Part shown: one piece after another, positions 28,532 through 37,393 of the stretch
Layout of the letters: each line of letters opens with the position of its first letter
How positions within the stretch are numbered: the stretch's first letter is position 1
Origin: Halobacteriaceae archaeon
GTDB taxonomy: Archaea; Halobacteriota; Halobacteria; Halobacteriales; Halobacteriaceae
Direction: 5' to 3'
Length of the DNA: 64,000 nt
Assembly (NCBI GenBank): GCA_042216675.1
Contig: JBDGTS010000008.1
Coordinates: forward strand, 32,001 to 96,000
Program-made: the position numbers and the translations under genes
The notes under the pieces: model-generated
The model's database searches: none
Seen by the model: the letters and a program-made list of their open reading frames with translations, nothing else
Told to the model about the DNA's origin: nothing

Positions 28532-28560
28532 GCTAATTGTGAACGTGAATCACAATTAGC
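28532..28560. promoter_or_regulatory. Operator-like inverted repeat upstream of the lipoprotein gene
   Basis: GCTAATTGTGA-N7-TCACAATTAGC: perfect 11-bp AT-rich arms, 3 nt from the start codon. Confidence 0.65.
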
Positions 28561-28682
28561 GTTTTGATAGGAATGATGACGGGCGTCCGAAAACTGGCCT
28601 CCCGGGACCTTTCCCGCAGAACGCTACACAGTTGGTGACCCGAACCGACGACGATTTGCCGAAGGGGGCTGGGGCCTTCCGG

Positions 28683-28906
28683 TGGTGCCCCGTGGATTCG
28701 AACCGGGGTCGCGACCCCGACTCCGACCGTGCGGTCTTTTTTCCCACGTTTTTGCGAGCGAGGTCGCTGCGCGACCGAGCGACGCCAAAAGTGGAATGGG
28801 ACCGCCCGGATTCGAACCTCAGTCGGACGCGCTCGCTTCGCTGTGCGCGACCTCCCTGCTTCGAATCCGGGGCCCCCATGCGCCGCTCACGGTGTTCGCG
28901 GCAGCA
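28683..28906. repeat. Proximal array of tRNA-Pro 3'-end repeats with hairpin spacers
   Basis: GGATTCGAACCGGGGTCGCG at 28694-28713 and ATGGGACCGCCCGGATTCGAACC at 28796-28818 duplicate the tRNA 3' region. An inverted copy TTCGAATCCGG lies at 28860-28870. Confidence 0.9.
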
Positions 28907-28977
28907 TGGGACCGCCCGGATTCGAACCGGGGTCGCGGGCACCCAAGGCCCGAAGTATACCACTAACCCACGGTCCC
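28907..28977 (-). tRNA. tRNA-Pro(TGG)
   Basis: GGGACCG acceptor stem pairs with CGGTCCC-A; anticodon arm CGGGC-CTTGGGT-GCCCG; T-arm GGTTCGAATCC; CCA not encoded. Confidence 0.97.
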
Positions 28978-29054
28978 GCGGATGGGACCCCACGAGCGTC
29001 GTGATGGTCCCGCTACACGCCGAGAGTCGGCCCGCCGCGCGGTAAGCGTTTCGC

Positions 29055-31109
29055 TTACCGCCGTTCGTCGTCCAGTTCGAGGTCCGCCACTACGTCGAAG
29101 GGGTCCCGGCCCTTGCGCACGCCGTCGAGAATCTGGAACGACTCCTCGGGCGAGAGGAAGTGGCGGGTCACCGCGCGACCCAGCGCCGTCGGCTCCAAGC
29201 CGTCGATGAACTCGTAGTCGAGGAGTTTCCCGACGGCCCACGTCGTGTCGATGTCGCCGACCATCCGGTCGTTGAGGCGCTTGGCGGCCGACCCGCCGAC
29301 GACGACGTTCGCCAGCGTCTCGGCGACGGCCTCGTCGGCGTCGTAGCGGGCCACCACGTCCTCCATGTCGCCCTTGAGGAGTTTGAACGCCGCCTCGTCC
29401 TCGGTCATCTCCATCGACCCGTGGTAGGAGCAGTCCGGTTCCACGAGGAGATACACTACCCCCCGGTCGTGGTAGTCCGGGCGGCCCGCACGGCCGAGCA
29501 TCTGGTGGAACTCCTGCACCGTGAGCCACTCGATGCCCATCGCCAGCGAGTCGAAGACGACCTGCGAGGCGGGGAAGTCCACCCCCGCCGCCAGCGCCGC
29601 CGTGGTGACGACGGCCGCGAGGTCCTGATTCAGGAACTGTCTCTCGACGGACTTCCGGCGACCGTAGTCGAGGCCGGCGTGGTACGGCGCGGCGTCGTAC
29701 TCCAGTTTCCGCGAAATCTCGTGACAGCGCCGCCGCGAGTTCGTGAAGATGATGGTCTGTCCCCGATACCCCTTCGAGGATTTTCGGTCGAACTCGCGCT
29801 TGACGAGGCGGTTGGCGATGCGGGGCTTCTCGCCCCCGTCGGCGAACGTGACGTGTCGCTCGACGGGGACCGGGCGCTCCTCGAACTCGATGAGTTTCGC
29901 TTCGAGACGGCGGGCGAGCCATTCGGGGTTGCCCACCGTCGCGGAGAGGTAAACCCACTGCGCGCCGCCGTAGGACGACCGATTTTCGGCGCGCGTCTCA
30001 CAGTAGTGCTTGAGCCGCGAGATGAGGCCGTCGAGGCGGTGGCCGCGCTCCTCGGCCTGCAGATTGTGTACCTCGTCGATGACGACGGTGCCGATGTCGC
30101 CCAAGTCCCGGCCCGTGCGGAGGGCGTGGTCGATGCCCTCGTAGGTGCCGACGATGACGTCGGCGTCGGGTTCGAAGCGCTCGCCGCCGTCGCGGATGCG
30201 ACTCGACCCGACGCGGATGCTCACCTCGCCGAGGTGGCCGTACTCGTCGCGGAAGTCCTCGTGCTTCTGGTTCGCGAGGGCGACGAGGGGCACCAGGAAG
30301 AGCAGTTTCCCGTCGCCGCGACACATCCGGTCGAGGCCCGCCATCTCGCCGACGAGGGTCTTCCCAGTCGCCGTCGCGGAGACGACCATCTGGTCGTCCC
30401 CGTCCAGCAGGCCGTTCTCGACGGCGAGGCTCTGGACCGGGAGCAAGGTGTCGAAGCGGTCCTCCAGCAGTTCCTGCACGTCGGGATGCAAATCGAGGTC
30501 GGAGACGGGGACGTTGTCCACGTCGTCCGTCGTCGCGCTGATCTCGTCGAACTTCGTCAGGTCGGGGTCGAGTTCGCCCGACAGCAGATTGACGACGCGT
30601 TCGAGGTCCTGCACCTCGAAGAGCAGTTCTTCGAGGCGTTCGACGGCGCTCCCGCTGACCTCGCCGTGAAAGGCGAGTTCGCGTTCGAGTTCCGCCACCG
30701 CGCAGTCGGGGCAGATGTACTCGTCGTCGGCCTCGATGGCGGTGTCGTCGGTGAGCGGCGAGTAGTCGCCGCTGTTGGCGCAGTACCGGCAGGTCCGCAC
30801 GACGGCGGCCTCCAGTTGGTAGCCGTCGAGCATCGCGCGGAGTTCGTCGCGGCCGCGCTGTGAGGTCTGCTCGGAGATGCGGATGCGCGAGGCGCGGCGC
30901 GCGATTTCCACGAACTCCTCGGGTGGCCGTGGCTCCTCGCTGTCGCCCTCTTGCACCCGGAACTTCCCGGGACGGGGGCCAGCGCTCGTCTCCTTCAGTT
31001 CGAGGACGCCGCCGAACACGCGGTCCCCGTCCCGGTACACCGCCGCGCGGTAGTCGTCGCCGGACTCGTGGAGGAACAGCGTGCCGACCTGCTGGGCCTG
31101 CGTCGCCAC
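29055..31109 (-). CDS. Archaea-specific SF2 DExH helicase (ASH-Ski2 type), apparently lacking its C-terminal Cys domain
   Basis: N-terminal CRYC...CPDC Zn motif; SATATGKT, VPLVALANQK, DEVH, LSAT, YHAGL and QMLGRAGRP motifs. GTG start at 31109 is inferred. Confidence 0.9.
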   Translation of the reverse strand: MATQAQQVGTLFLHESGDDYRAAVYRDGDRVFGGVLELKETSAGPRPGKFRVQEGDSEEPRPPEEFVEIARRASRIRISEQTSQRGRDELRAMLDGYQLEAAVVRTCRYCANSGDYSPLTDDTAIEADDEYICPDCAVAELERELAFHGEVSGSAVERLEELLFEVQDLERVVNLLSGELDPDLTKFDEISATTDDVDNVPVSDLDLHPDVQELLEDRFDTLLPVQSLAVENGLLDGDDQMVVSATATGKTLVGEMAGLDRMCRGDGKLLFLVPLVALANQKHEDFRDEYGHLGEVSIRVGSSRIRDGGERFEPDADVIVGTYEGIDHALRTGRDLGDIGTVVIDEVHNLQAEERGHRLDGLISRLKHYCETRAENRSSYGGAQWVYLSATVGNPEWLARRLEAKLIEFEERPVPVERHVTFADGGEKPRIANRLVKREFDRKSSKGYRGQTIIFTNSRRRCHEISRKLEYDAAPYHAGLDYGRRKSVERQFLNQDLAAVVTTAALAAGVDFPASQVVFDSLAMGIEWLTVQEFHQMLGRAGRPDYHDRGVVYLLVEPDCSYHGSMEMTEDEAAFKLLKGDMEDVVARYDADEAVAETLANVVVGGSAAKRLNDRMVGDIDTTWAVGKLLDYEFIDGLEPTALGRAVTRHFLSPEESFQILDGVRKGRDPFDVVADLELDDERR

Positions 31110-31232
31110 GACGCCGTGTAGGCCGTGGCGGTATTTCAGCGGTTCGCCTCGGCGGCGGTCGGACGCGCCGGTCATGGCCACCGATGGCTTTACCGCCGTC
31201 GTGTGAGAGAGACAACTCGATGGGTCGAAACC

Positions 31233-31631
31233 GTGGCCGATGAGTCGGGCGCCGCGCTCACGAGGCGCGGCGTCGTCTCGGGCGCCGTCGCCGCGCTCGC
31301 CGGCTGTGCGGCGCTCGACGGCGAATCGCGTCCGGACGCCGTGCCGCTCACGATGTACAGCAGTTCGTCAGAGCGTCAGCGGGTCACGGTCACGCTCACG
31401 ACGCCGGACGGCGACACCGATTTCGAGCGACACGTCACCCTCGACCCGGACGAGGCGCGGAAGTGGACGATTCAGGACCCCGCCTCCGAGTACGAGGTCC
31501 GGGTCGCCCTCGACGGCGGCCCGACGAAGACGGCGACGTGGGACGTGGGCCACTGTGTGAGCCGATTCAGTATCGCGCTCTTTCCGGAGAACTCCGACGA
31601 GGCCATCTCGTTCGGCGCGCCGGCCTGCTGA
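31233..31631 (+). CDS. Small Tat lipoprotein
   Basis: TRRGVV signal and LAGC lipobox followed by a small beta-rich domain with two Cys; GTG start inferred. Confidence 0.75.
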   Translation: MADESGAALTRRGVVSGAVAALAGCAALDGESRPDAVPLTMYSSSSERQRVTVTLTTPDGDTDFERHVTLDPDEARKWTIQDPASEYEVRVALDGGPTKTATWDVGHCVSRFSIALFPENSDEAISFGAPAC

Positions 31632-31675
31632 GTTGGGCCCCCGCTTTTATGCTCGCGGGCACCCGTCGTTCTCCC

Positions 31676-32860
31676 ATGCGAAGTTTCACCGTCGGTCGGA
31701 TCTACGGCATCCCCATCCGCCTCGACCTGACGCTCCTCCTGATTCTCCCCCTGCTGGCGTGGCTCATCGGGGGACAGGTCGAACTGTGGGTGACCAATCT
31801 CAACGGCATCGGTGCGAACATCGACGCCGCGCCGCTGACGAGCGGGTCGACCCCGATGATTCTCGGGGCCGCGGCCGCAATCGGTCTCTTCCTCGGGGTG
31901 TTGCTCCACGAACTCGGACACTCGGTGGTCGCCATCCACTACGGCTACCCCATCGACTCCATCACGCTCTGGATTCTGGGCGGCATCGCGCAGTTCACCG
32001 ACCAGCCCGAGGACTGGAAACACGAGTTCAGCATCGCCCTCGCCGGTCCCGTGGTCAGCGTCGCCCTCGGGGCGCTCTCCTATGGGGCCTTGATGGTCCT
32101 GCCCGCGTCGCTCGACACGGTGCGGTTCGTCGTCGGCTACCTCGCGTTGATGAACTTCGCGCTCGCGGCGTTCAACATGCTCCCCGGGTTCCCGATGGAC
32201 GGCGGGCGGGTCCTCCGGGCGCTGCTGGCACGCGACCGGCCCTACGCCAGAGCGACCCAGATCGCGGCCGAGGTGGGCAAACTGTTCGCCATCCTGCTGG
32301 GCATCGTCGGGCTCTTCGCCAACATCTTCCTCGTGCTCATCGCCCTGTTCATCTACGTCGGCGCGTCGGGTGAGGCCCAGCGCACGGTGATGAACGCCGC
32401 GTTCGCGGACGTGTCGGTGCGGGACATCATGACGCCGGCAGACGACCTCGAAACCGTCACGCCCGAAACCTCCGTCGCGGATCTGCTGGACCGGATGTTC
32501 CGGGAGCGCCACACGGGTTACCCGGTGCTGGAGAACGGGGGCCTCGTGGGTCTCGTGACGCTGGAGGACGCCCGCGAGGTGCCGGAGGTGGAGCGCGACG
32601 CCTACCTCGTCGAGGACGTCATGACGCGGGACCTGATCACCGTCTCCGCCGACAGAAACGTGATGGACGCCTTCGACACGATGACGGAGAACGGCGTCGG
32701 GCGCGTCCTCGTCGTCGACGACGACGGGAACCTCGTCGGCCTCCTCACCCGCACGGACATCATGACGGCGCTGAACATCATCCGCAACGCCGGGTTCGGC
32801 CCCGGTGCCGCCTCCGCCGCCGACGCCGCGGCCGTCGAGTCGGGTGCGAGCAGTCCCTAG
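31676..32860 (+). CDS. Site-2 protease (M50) with tandem CBS domains
   Basis: HELGH, AGP and FNMLPGFPMDGGR motifs; two C-terminal CBS repeats. Confidence 0.95.
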   Translation: MRSFTVGRIYGIPIRLDLTLLLILPLLAWLIGGQVELWVTNLNGIGANIDAAPLTSGSTPMILGAAAAIGLFLGVLLHELGHSVVAIHYGYPIDSITLWILGGIAQFTDQPEDWKHEFSIALAGPVVSVALGALSYGALMVLPASLDTVRFVVGYLALMNFALAAFNMLPGFPMDGGRVLRALLARDRPYARATQIAAEVGKLFAILLGIVGLFANIFLVLIALFIYVGASGEAQRTVMNAAFADVSVRDIMTPADDLETVTPETSVADLLDRMFRERHTGYPVLENGGLVGLVTLEDAREVPEVERDAYLVEDVMTRDLITVSADRNVMDAFDTMTENGVGRVLVVDDDGNLVGLLTRTDIMTALNIIRNAGFGPGAASAADAAAVESGASSP

Positions 32861-33921
32861 CTTTCGGTGTAGAGCGCCTTCAGCATCCCCCGGATGTAGC
32901 CCGCCGTGAAGCCGTTGGCGCGGTGGCCCCACTGCGAGTCACCCTCCATCCGCGGCACGTGGTCGGGGAGGAGCGCACCGGTGAATCCGACCTCGTGGAG
33001 CGCTCTGAGCGCGTCGTACTCGTCGAAGTTCCCCTCGTCCACGAACGTCTCGTTGAACGACGGCATCGTTCCGGCCACGTCGCGGAAGTGGACGAACACG
33101 ATGTCGTCGCGTTCGCCGAAGTACTCGATGACCTCGCGCACGTCCTCGCCCATCTCGGAGAAACACCCCAGACAGAGTTTCAGCCCGTGGTTGTCGCTCG
33201 GGACGATATCCATCGCCTTCTTGAAGCTCTCGAAGTCACGGAGGAGGCGCGGAATGCCGCCCATCCGCTCGATGGTGGGCGGGTCGGCGGGATGGACGGC
33301 CATCTGGACGCCGTGTTCCTCGGCCACGGGTAGGACTTCTTCGAGGAAGTACTGGTAGTTGTCCCAGAACTCCGCCTCGGAGTACTCCGCGTCCGTCTCG
33401 CCGAACGGTGCCTCCGGCGACTCGATGTCGTCGGCGTCGAAGCCGGTGGCGCGCGCGCCGCCCCGGACCCGCTTCGAGCGTGAGGTCCGCATCGGCACGA
33501 GACCCCGCGGGTTCCACTGGTAGCCCAGAATCGGAATCTTGGCCTTGCCGAGGTTGCGAAGGAGCTCCTTCACGACCCCGATCTGCTTCTCCGCGCCCTC
33601 TCGGTCGAACATGATGTCGCCGTACACCGAGTAGGGCAGGGAGTGAATCCCCTCCAACTGGATCCCGTGTTCCTCGATTTTCGTGCGCGCCTGCACCAAC
33701 TCCTCGACGGAGGGGATGGTGTCACCGTCGAGGGTGAGCCGGTCCGTCGACCCGGTGTTGTCGATGAACTCGTCCGGCTCCTCCTCCACGCTGGAGTGGT
33801 CGAGGAAGACGCTCTCGACGCCGAGTTGCTTGATGTACCGCAGCCGTTCGTCGGAGAACTCCTGCGTTCGGAACCCGACGTGCATCCGCCGTGACGCCCC
33901 GTCGCCGGACGAATCGTCCAT
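32857..33921 (-). CDS. uxuA: Mannonate dehydratase
   Basis: FWDNYQYFLEEVLPVAEEHGVQMAVHPADPP, FVHFRDV and PDHVP motifs. Confidence 0.9.
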   Translation of the reverse strand: MDDSSGDGASRRMHVGFRTQEFSDERLRYIKQLGVESVFLDHSSVEEEPDEFIDNTGSTDRLTLDGDTIPSVEELVQARTKIEEHGIQLEGIHSLPYSVYGDIMFDREGAEKQIGVVKELLRNLGKAKIPILGYQWNPRGLVPMRTSRSKRVRGGARATGFDADDIESPEAPFGETDAEYSEAEFWDNYQYFLEEVLPVAEEHGVQMAVHPADPPTIERMGGIPRLLRDFESFKKAMDIVPSDNHGLKLCLGCFSEMGEDVREVIEYFGERDDIVFVHFRDVAGTMPSFNETFVDEGNFDEYDALRALHEVGFTGALLPDHVPRMEGDSQWGHRANGFTAGYIRGMLKALYTES

Positions 33922-34029
33922 AGAAATTGATGGGGAATACCCGGCAAAAAGATTCCGCAACCGGGTGTCCTCACGTCACCGAATCGTACACAATTTTTAT
34001 GCGGTGTCCCGCGGGAGCAATCCCACGGG

Positions 34030-34497
34030 ATGAGCGACCCAAAACTCTCCGGCGCGGAGATGGAGCGTACGATACGGGACTACTTCGACGCGTGCAACGC
34101 CGGCGACGTGGACGCCATCGCGTCGTTCTTCGCCGAGGACGGCGTCCACTACTTCCCGCCGGGGATGTACCGTGGCCCCTTCGAGGGCGGCCGGACCATC
34201 GGCGAACGCTGGGCCGAGGCCGTCGAGGAGTTGGGGTCCGTGTGGACCGTCGATACGGTGCTGACCGAACCCGAAACCGCACGGGCCACCATCGAGTGGA
34301 CGCATTTCAAGACCGCCGAGGGCACCGTCCTCCGCGGCGACGAGTGGTACGAGTTCGACCCGGAGACGGGCCTCATCGAGGAGATTCGGGCGTACTACGC
34401 CTCCCCACAGTCGGACGAACTGGTGCGCAACGAACTCGGTGGCTTCGACTACGAGACGCGGGGCTACCCCACCGAGTCGCCCATCGACCGGGACTAA
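34030..34497 (+). CDS. SnoaL/NTF2-like protein
   Basis: YFDACNAGDVDAIASFFAEDGVHY N-terminus and ...GLIEEIRAYY C-terminal strand pattern. Confidence 0.85.
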   Translation: MSDPKLSGAEMERTIRDYFDACNAGDVDAIASFFAEDGVHYFPPGMYRGPFEGGRTIGERWAEAVEELGSVWTVDTVLTEPETARATIEWTHFKTAEGTVLRGDEWYEFDPETGLIEEIRAYYASPQSDELVRNELGGFDYETRGYPTESPIDRD

Positions 34498-34575
34498 GTC
34501 CTGTCACCGTCAGCGGGTTTTGCTACCACGACACACAGGGACAGGCTTATGTATTAATGATGGTGATGAACTCGT

Positions 34576-35715
34576 ATGTCTACGGACGAGGCGAGCGCCG
34601 ACGCCGAGACTGAACGTCCGACCGATGCGCCGCGAATCGAACTGCGTGACATCCGGAAAACGTTCAATCAGGGCAACGTCGTCGCCTGTGAGGACATCTC
34701 GCTCGAGATCGGGTCCGACGACTTCGTGGTGTTCCTCGGCCCCTCCGGCTGTGGCAAGACGACGACGCTTCGCTGTATCTCGGGTCTCGAAACGCCGGAC
34801 GAAGGCGCCATCCGCATCGACGGCGAGGACGTCACGGACCTGAAGCCCAAGGACCGTGACCTCGCCTTCGTCTTCCAGTCCATCGCGCTGTTCCCGCACA
34901 AGACGGTGCGGGCGAACATCCGCTTCGGCCTCGACATGAAGACGGACCTCCCGAAGGCCGAGAAGAACGACCGGGTCGACGAGGTAGCGGAGATGCTCGG
35001 CATCCGCGAACTCCTCGACCGGAAACCCGCGGCGCTCTCCGGCGGCCAGCAACAGCGGGTGAGTCTCGGCCGCGCGATGGTGATGGAGCCGGCGGCGTTC
35101 TTACTCGACGAGCCGTTCTCGGCGCTCGACGCGCAACTGCGGAGTCAGATGCGGACGGAGGTCAAGCGCCTCCAGCGGAAACTCGGGACGGCGATGGTGT
35201 TCGTCACCCACGACCAGGAGGAGGCGATGTCGCTGGGCGACAAAATCGTCATCATGAACGACGGCCGCATCCAGCAAGTGGGCGACCCACACGAGATCTA
35301 CAACGACCCGACCAACCTCTTCGTCGCGCGGTTCATCGGTTCCCCCTCCATCAACCAACTCGACGGCCGCATCGCCGACACGGACGGGGGCCTCACAGTC
35401 TCCACGGACCTGTTCGACGTGGACCTCACGACGGACGCGGCGCGCGCGGCGGCCGCCAGCGAGGGGGACGCGGTGACCCTCGCCGTTCGCCCGGAGCATC
35501 TCGACTTGCAGTCCGAGACGGCGCTGTTCGACGCGACCATCGACCTCGTCGAACCCCACGGCGACCGCGACGCCATCTACATCTCGGCCGGCGACGAGGA
35601 CCTCGCGGCCGTGGTCGATCAGGGCGCCCTCGGCAGCACGACCGGCCAGATTCAGGTCGACGTGGACCAAGCGGACGTCTGGCTCTTCGACGACCGCGGT
35701 GAGCGACTGGTCTGA
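34576..35715 (+). CDS. Carbohydrate ABC transporter ATP-binding protein (MalK-like)
   Basis: GPSGCGKTT, LSGGQQQR, LLDEPFSALD and VTHDQEEA motifs; C-terminal TOBE region. Confidence 0.96.
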   Translation: MSTDEASADAETERPTDAPRIELRDIRKTFNQGNVVACEDISLEIGSDDFVVFLGPSGCGKTTTLRCISGLETPDEGAIRIDGEDVTDLKPKDRDLAFVFQSIALFPHKTVRANIRFGLDMKTDLPKAEKNDRVDEVAEMLGIRELLDRKPAALSGGQQQRVSLGRAMVMEPAAFLLDEPFSALDAQLRSQMRTEVKRLQRKLGTAMVFVTHDQEEAMSLGDKIVIMNDGRIQQVGDPHEIYNDPTNLFVARFIGSPSINQLDGRIADTDGGLTVSTDLFDVDLTTDAARAAAASEGDAVTLAVRPEHLDLQSETALFDATIDLVEPHGDRDAIYISAGDEDLAAVVDQGALGSTTGQIQVDVDQADVWLFDDRGERLV

Positions 35716-35853
35716 ACGGGCCGGGCGCGCACCGATTCCGGAGATTTTCGCGGGTATCGGGCGCCGTCCCTCGGTTTCCTGTTATTCTATGGTCACTATT
35801 CTCAATTAACTATCAGGTAGGTTTATCAATGACCATGATATTGTTGGAACAGT

Positions 35854-37299
35854 ATGCCAGAAGATGCCAGTGGAGGCACGGACGATGCCGGCACAAACGA
35901 CGATAACCGACTCCTCGGTGCGTCGCGTCGGCGCGCCCTGAAGTCCATCGGGGCGGCGGGCACCGCGGGACTCGCAGGCTGTAGCGGTATCACCGGCGGT
36001 GGCGGCGGTGGCGGCGGCAACGGAAGCGGCACCACCATCACGCTCTGGACGACGCTCCACGGGCAGTCCTCGGTGGCCGAACAGTTCCTCGCGGACACGA
36101 TTTCCACCTACGAGGAGGAGACCGGCAACTCGGTCAAGTGGATCAAGGAGACAGTCGCCAACGTCCAGAACGGGAACTGGCGCCAGCGGATGTCGCAGGG
36201 CCAGATTCCGACGCTGTACCAGACGGCCCCCTCGCGCATCGGCGGCCTCATCGACGGCGGCTACTACACCGCGTGGGGGTCCATCATGGACCAGCTCAGC
36301 GAGGACGTGATTTCGGGCACCGAGTGGGCCCAACCCGTCGTCAAGAACATCTACCGCGGCTTCGGCGGCGACAAACTCAAGACGGCGCTCCTCGGGTTCG
36401 TGATGCAGGAGCCGTTCGTGGCCCGCGCGGACCACTTCCAGAAGGCGGGCCTGAGCATCGAGGAGGACTTCCCGCCGAAGAGCTACGACGAACTCATCGA
36501 CATCGCGACGACCCTGCAGGAGAACGGGCCGGGCGACATCGGCTTCCAGGTCCACGGCGCGCCGGGCGACCTGATGGACGAAATCACGCCGACGTGGGCC
36601 CACCAGATCGGCGGCGAGACGGGCCTCTACGTCAACGAGGACTGGTCCGACACTCACCTCGACTCCGAGGCGTGGAAGACCTCCCTGCGCCGGCAGGTGG
36701 ACATCCACCGGAACAAGAAGCTCTCTTCAGAGAACGCCGCGACCACGTCCGACGAGGACGCGTGTCGCCTCCTCGCCAACGGCACGGCGAGCATGAGTCA
36801 GGTCGGGATGCTCAACTACGGCCTGTTCCAGAACCTCGCCCCCGACCTCTTGGAGAGCGGAGACCTCCGGTATGGCGCGAGTTGGGAGGGACAGTCCGGC
36901 TTCCGCGGCGAGTTCAACGCCACGGCGATGGCGCTCGGCTCCAAGCCGCCGAACATGGCGGCCTCGAAGTGGGAGAAGAAGAAGGAAGCCGGCATCAAGT
37001 TCCTCGACACGATGCTCAGCACCGAGGTGCAAAAGCAGGCCTTCGAGAAGTGGGGTCTCCTCCCGTTCAACCGGAACGCGTGGGAGGAGATTCCGACCCT
37101 CGAAAACAACGCCGTCGATGCCGGCATCAAAATCGCAGAGGGGTCCCAGTTCGGCTGGCAGGCCTTCCCGGAGATGGCCGCGGTCCAGTACAACATCCCG
37201 GGCCCCATCTTCCAGCAGGCGATGACCGGCGAACTCACGCCTGAGAAGGCGTGTGACCGCGCCGCCGAGCGCATCCGGGCGCAGGTGTTCAACCGGTAA
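35854..37299 (+). CDS. Carbohydrate ABC transporter substrate-binding Tat lipoprotein
   Basis: SRRRAL signal, LAGC lipobox, Gly linker, PKSYDELIDIA motif, ABC operon context. Confidence 0.9.
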   Translation: MPEDASGGTDDAGTNDDNRLLGASRRRALKSIGAAGTAGLAGCSGITGGGGGGGGNGSGTTITLWTTLHGQSSVAEQFLADTISTYEEETGNSVKWIKETVANVQNGNWRQRMSQGQIPTLYQTAPSRIGGLIDGGYYTAWGSIMDQLSEDVISGTEWAQPVVKNIYRGFGGDKLKTALLGFVMQEPFVARADHFQKAGLSIEEDFPPKSYDELIDIATTLQENGPGDIGFQVHGAPGDLMDEITPTWAHQIGGETGLYVNEDWSDTHLDSEAWKTSLRRQVDIHRNKKLSSENAATTSDEDACRLLANGTASMSQVGMLNYGLFQNLAPDLLESGDLRYGASWEGQSGFRGEFNATAMALGSKPPNMAASKWEKKKEAGIKFLDTMLSTEVQKQAFEKWGLLPFNRNAWEEIPTLENNAVDAGIKIAEGSQFGWQAFPEMAAVQYNIPGPIFQQAMTGELTPEKACDRAAERIRAQVFNR

Positions 37300-37393
37300 C
37301 GCGCTCTCACCCGTGACCGCCCCGCTCCGCCGAATCGCACACAGCACGTCCGTTTCCAGCGGCGGGGTTCCGCCTGCCGAGTCCTAACTACAC

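Noticed and set aside
27107-28906. CRISPR array interpretation of the periodic repeats
   Set aside because: The repeats are tRNA 3'-end copies and degenerate, the spacers are about 85-90 bp and recur as types, and no cas genes are present in the window.
17277-28906. Intact provirus or integrative element at tRNA-Pro
   Set aside because: No integrase, replication, capsid or conjugation genes are present, and I saw no att-like copy near the mcm-side boundary.
28556-29045. Short ORFs over the tRNA-Pro repeats (and the similar ones at 27043-27537 and 45038-45396)
   Set aside because: They overlap tRNA genes and palindromic repeats and have basic, non-halophilic composition, so they are most likely spurious.
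35789-35836. ATGGTCA...TGACCAT inverted repeat upstream of the binding-protein gene
   Set aside because: Only 7-bp arms with a 34-nt spacer, and no convincing copy at the other promoters of the cluster.
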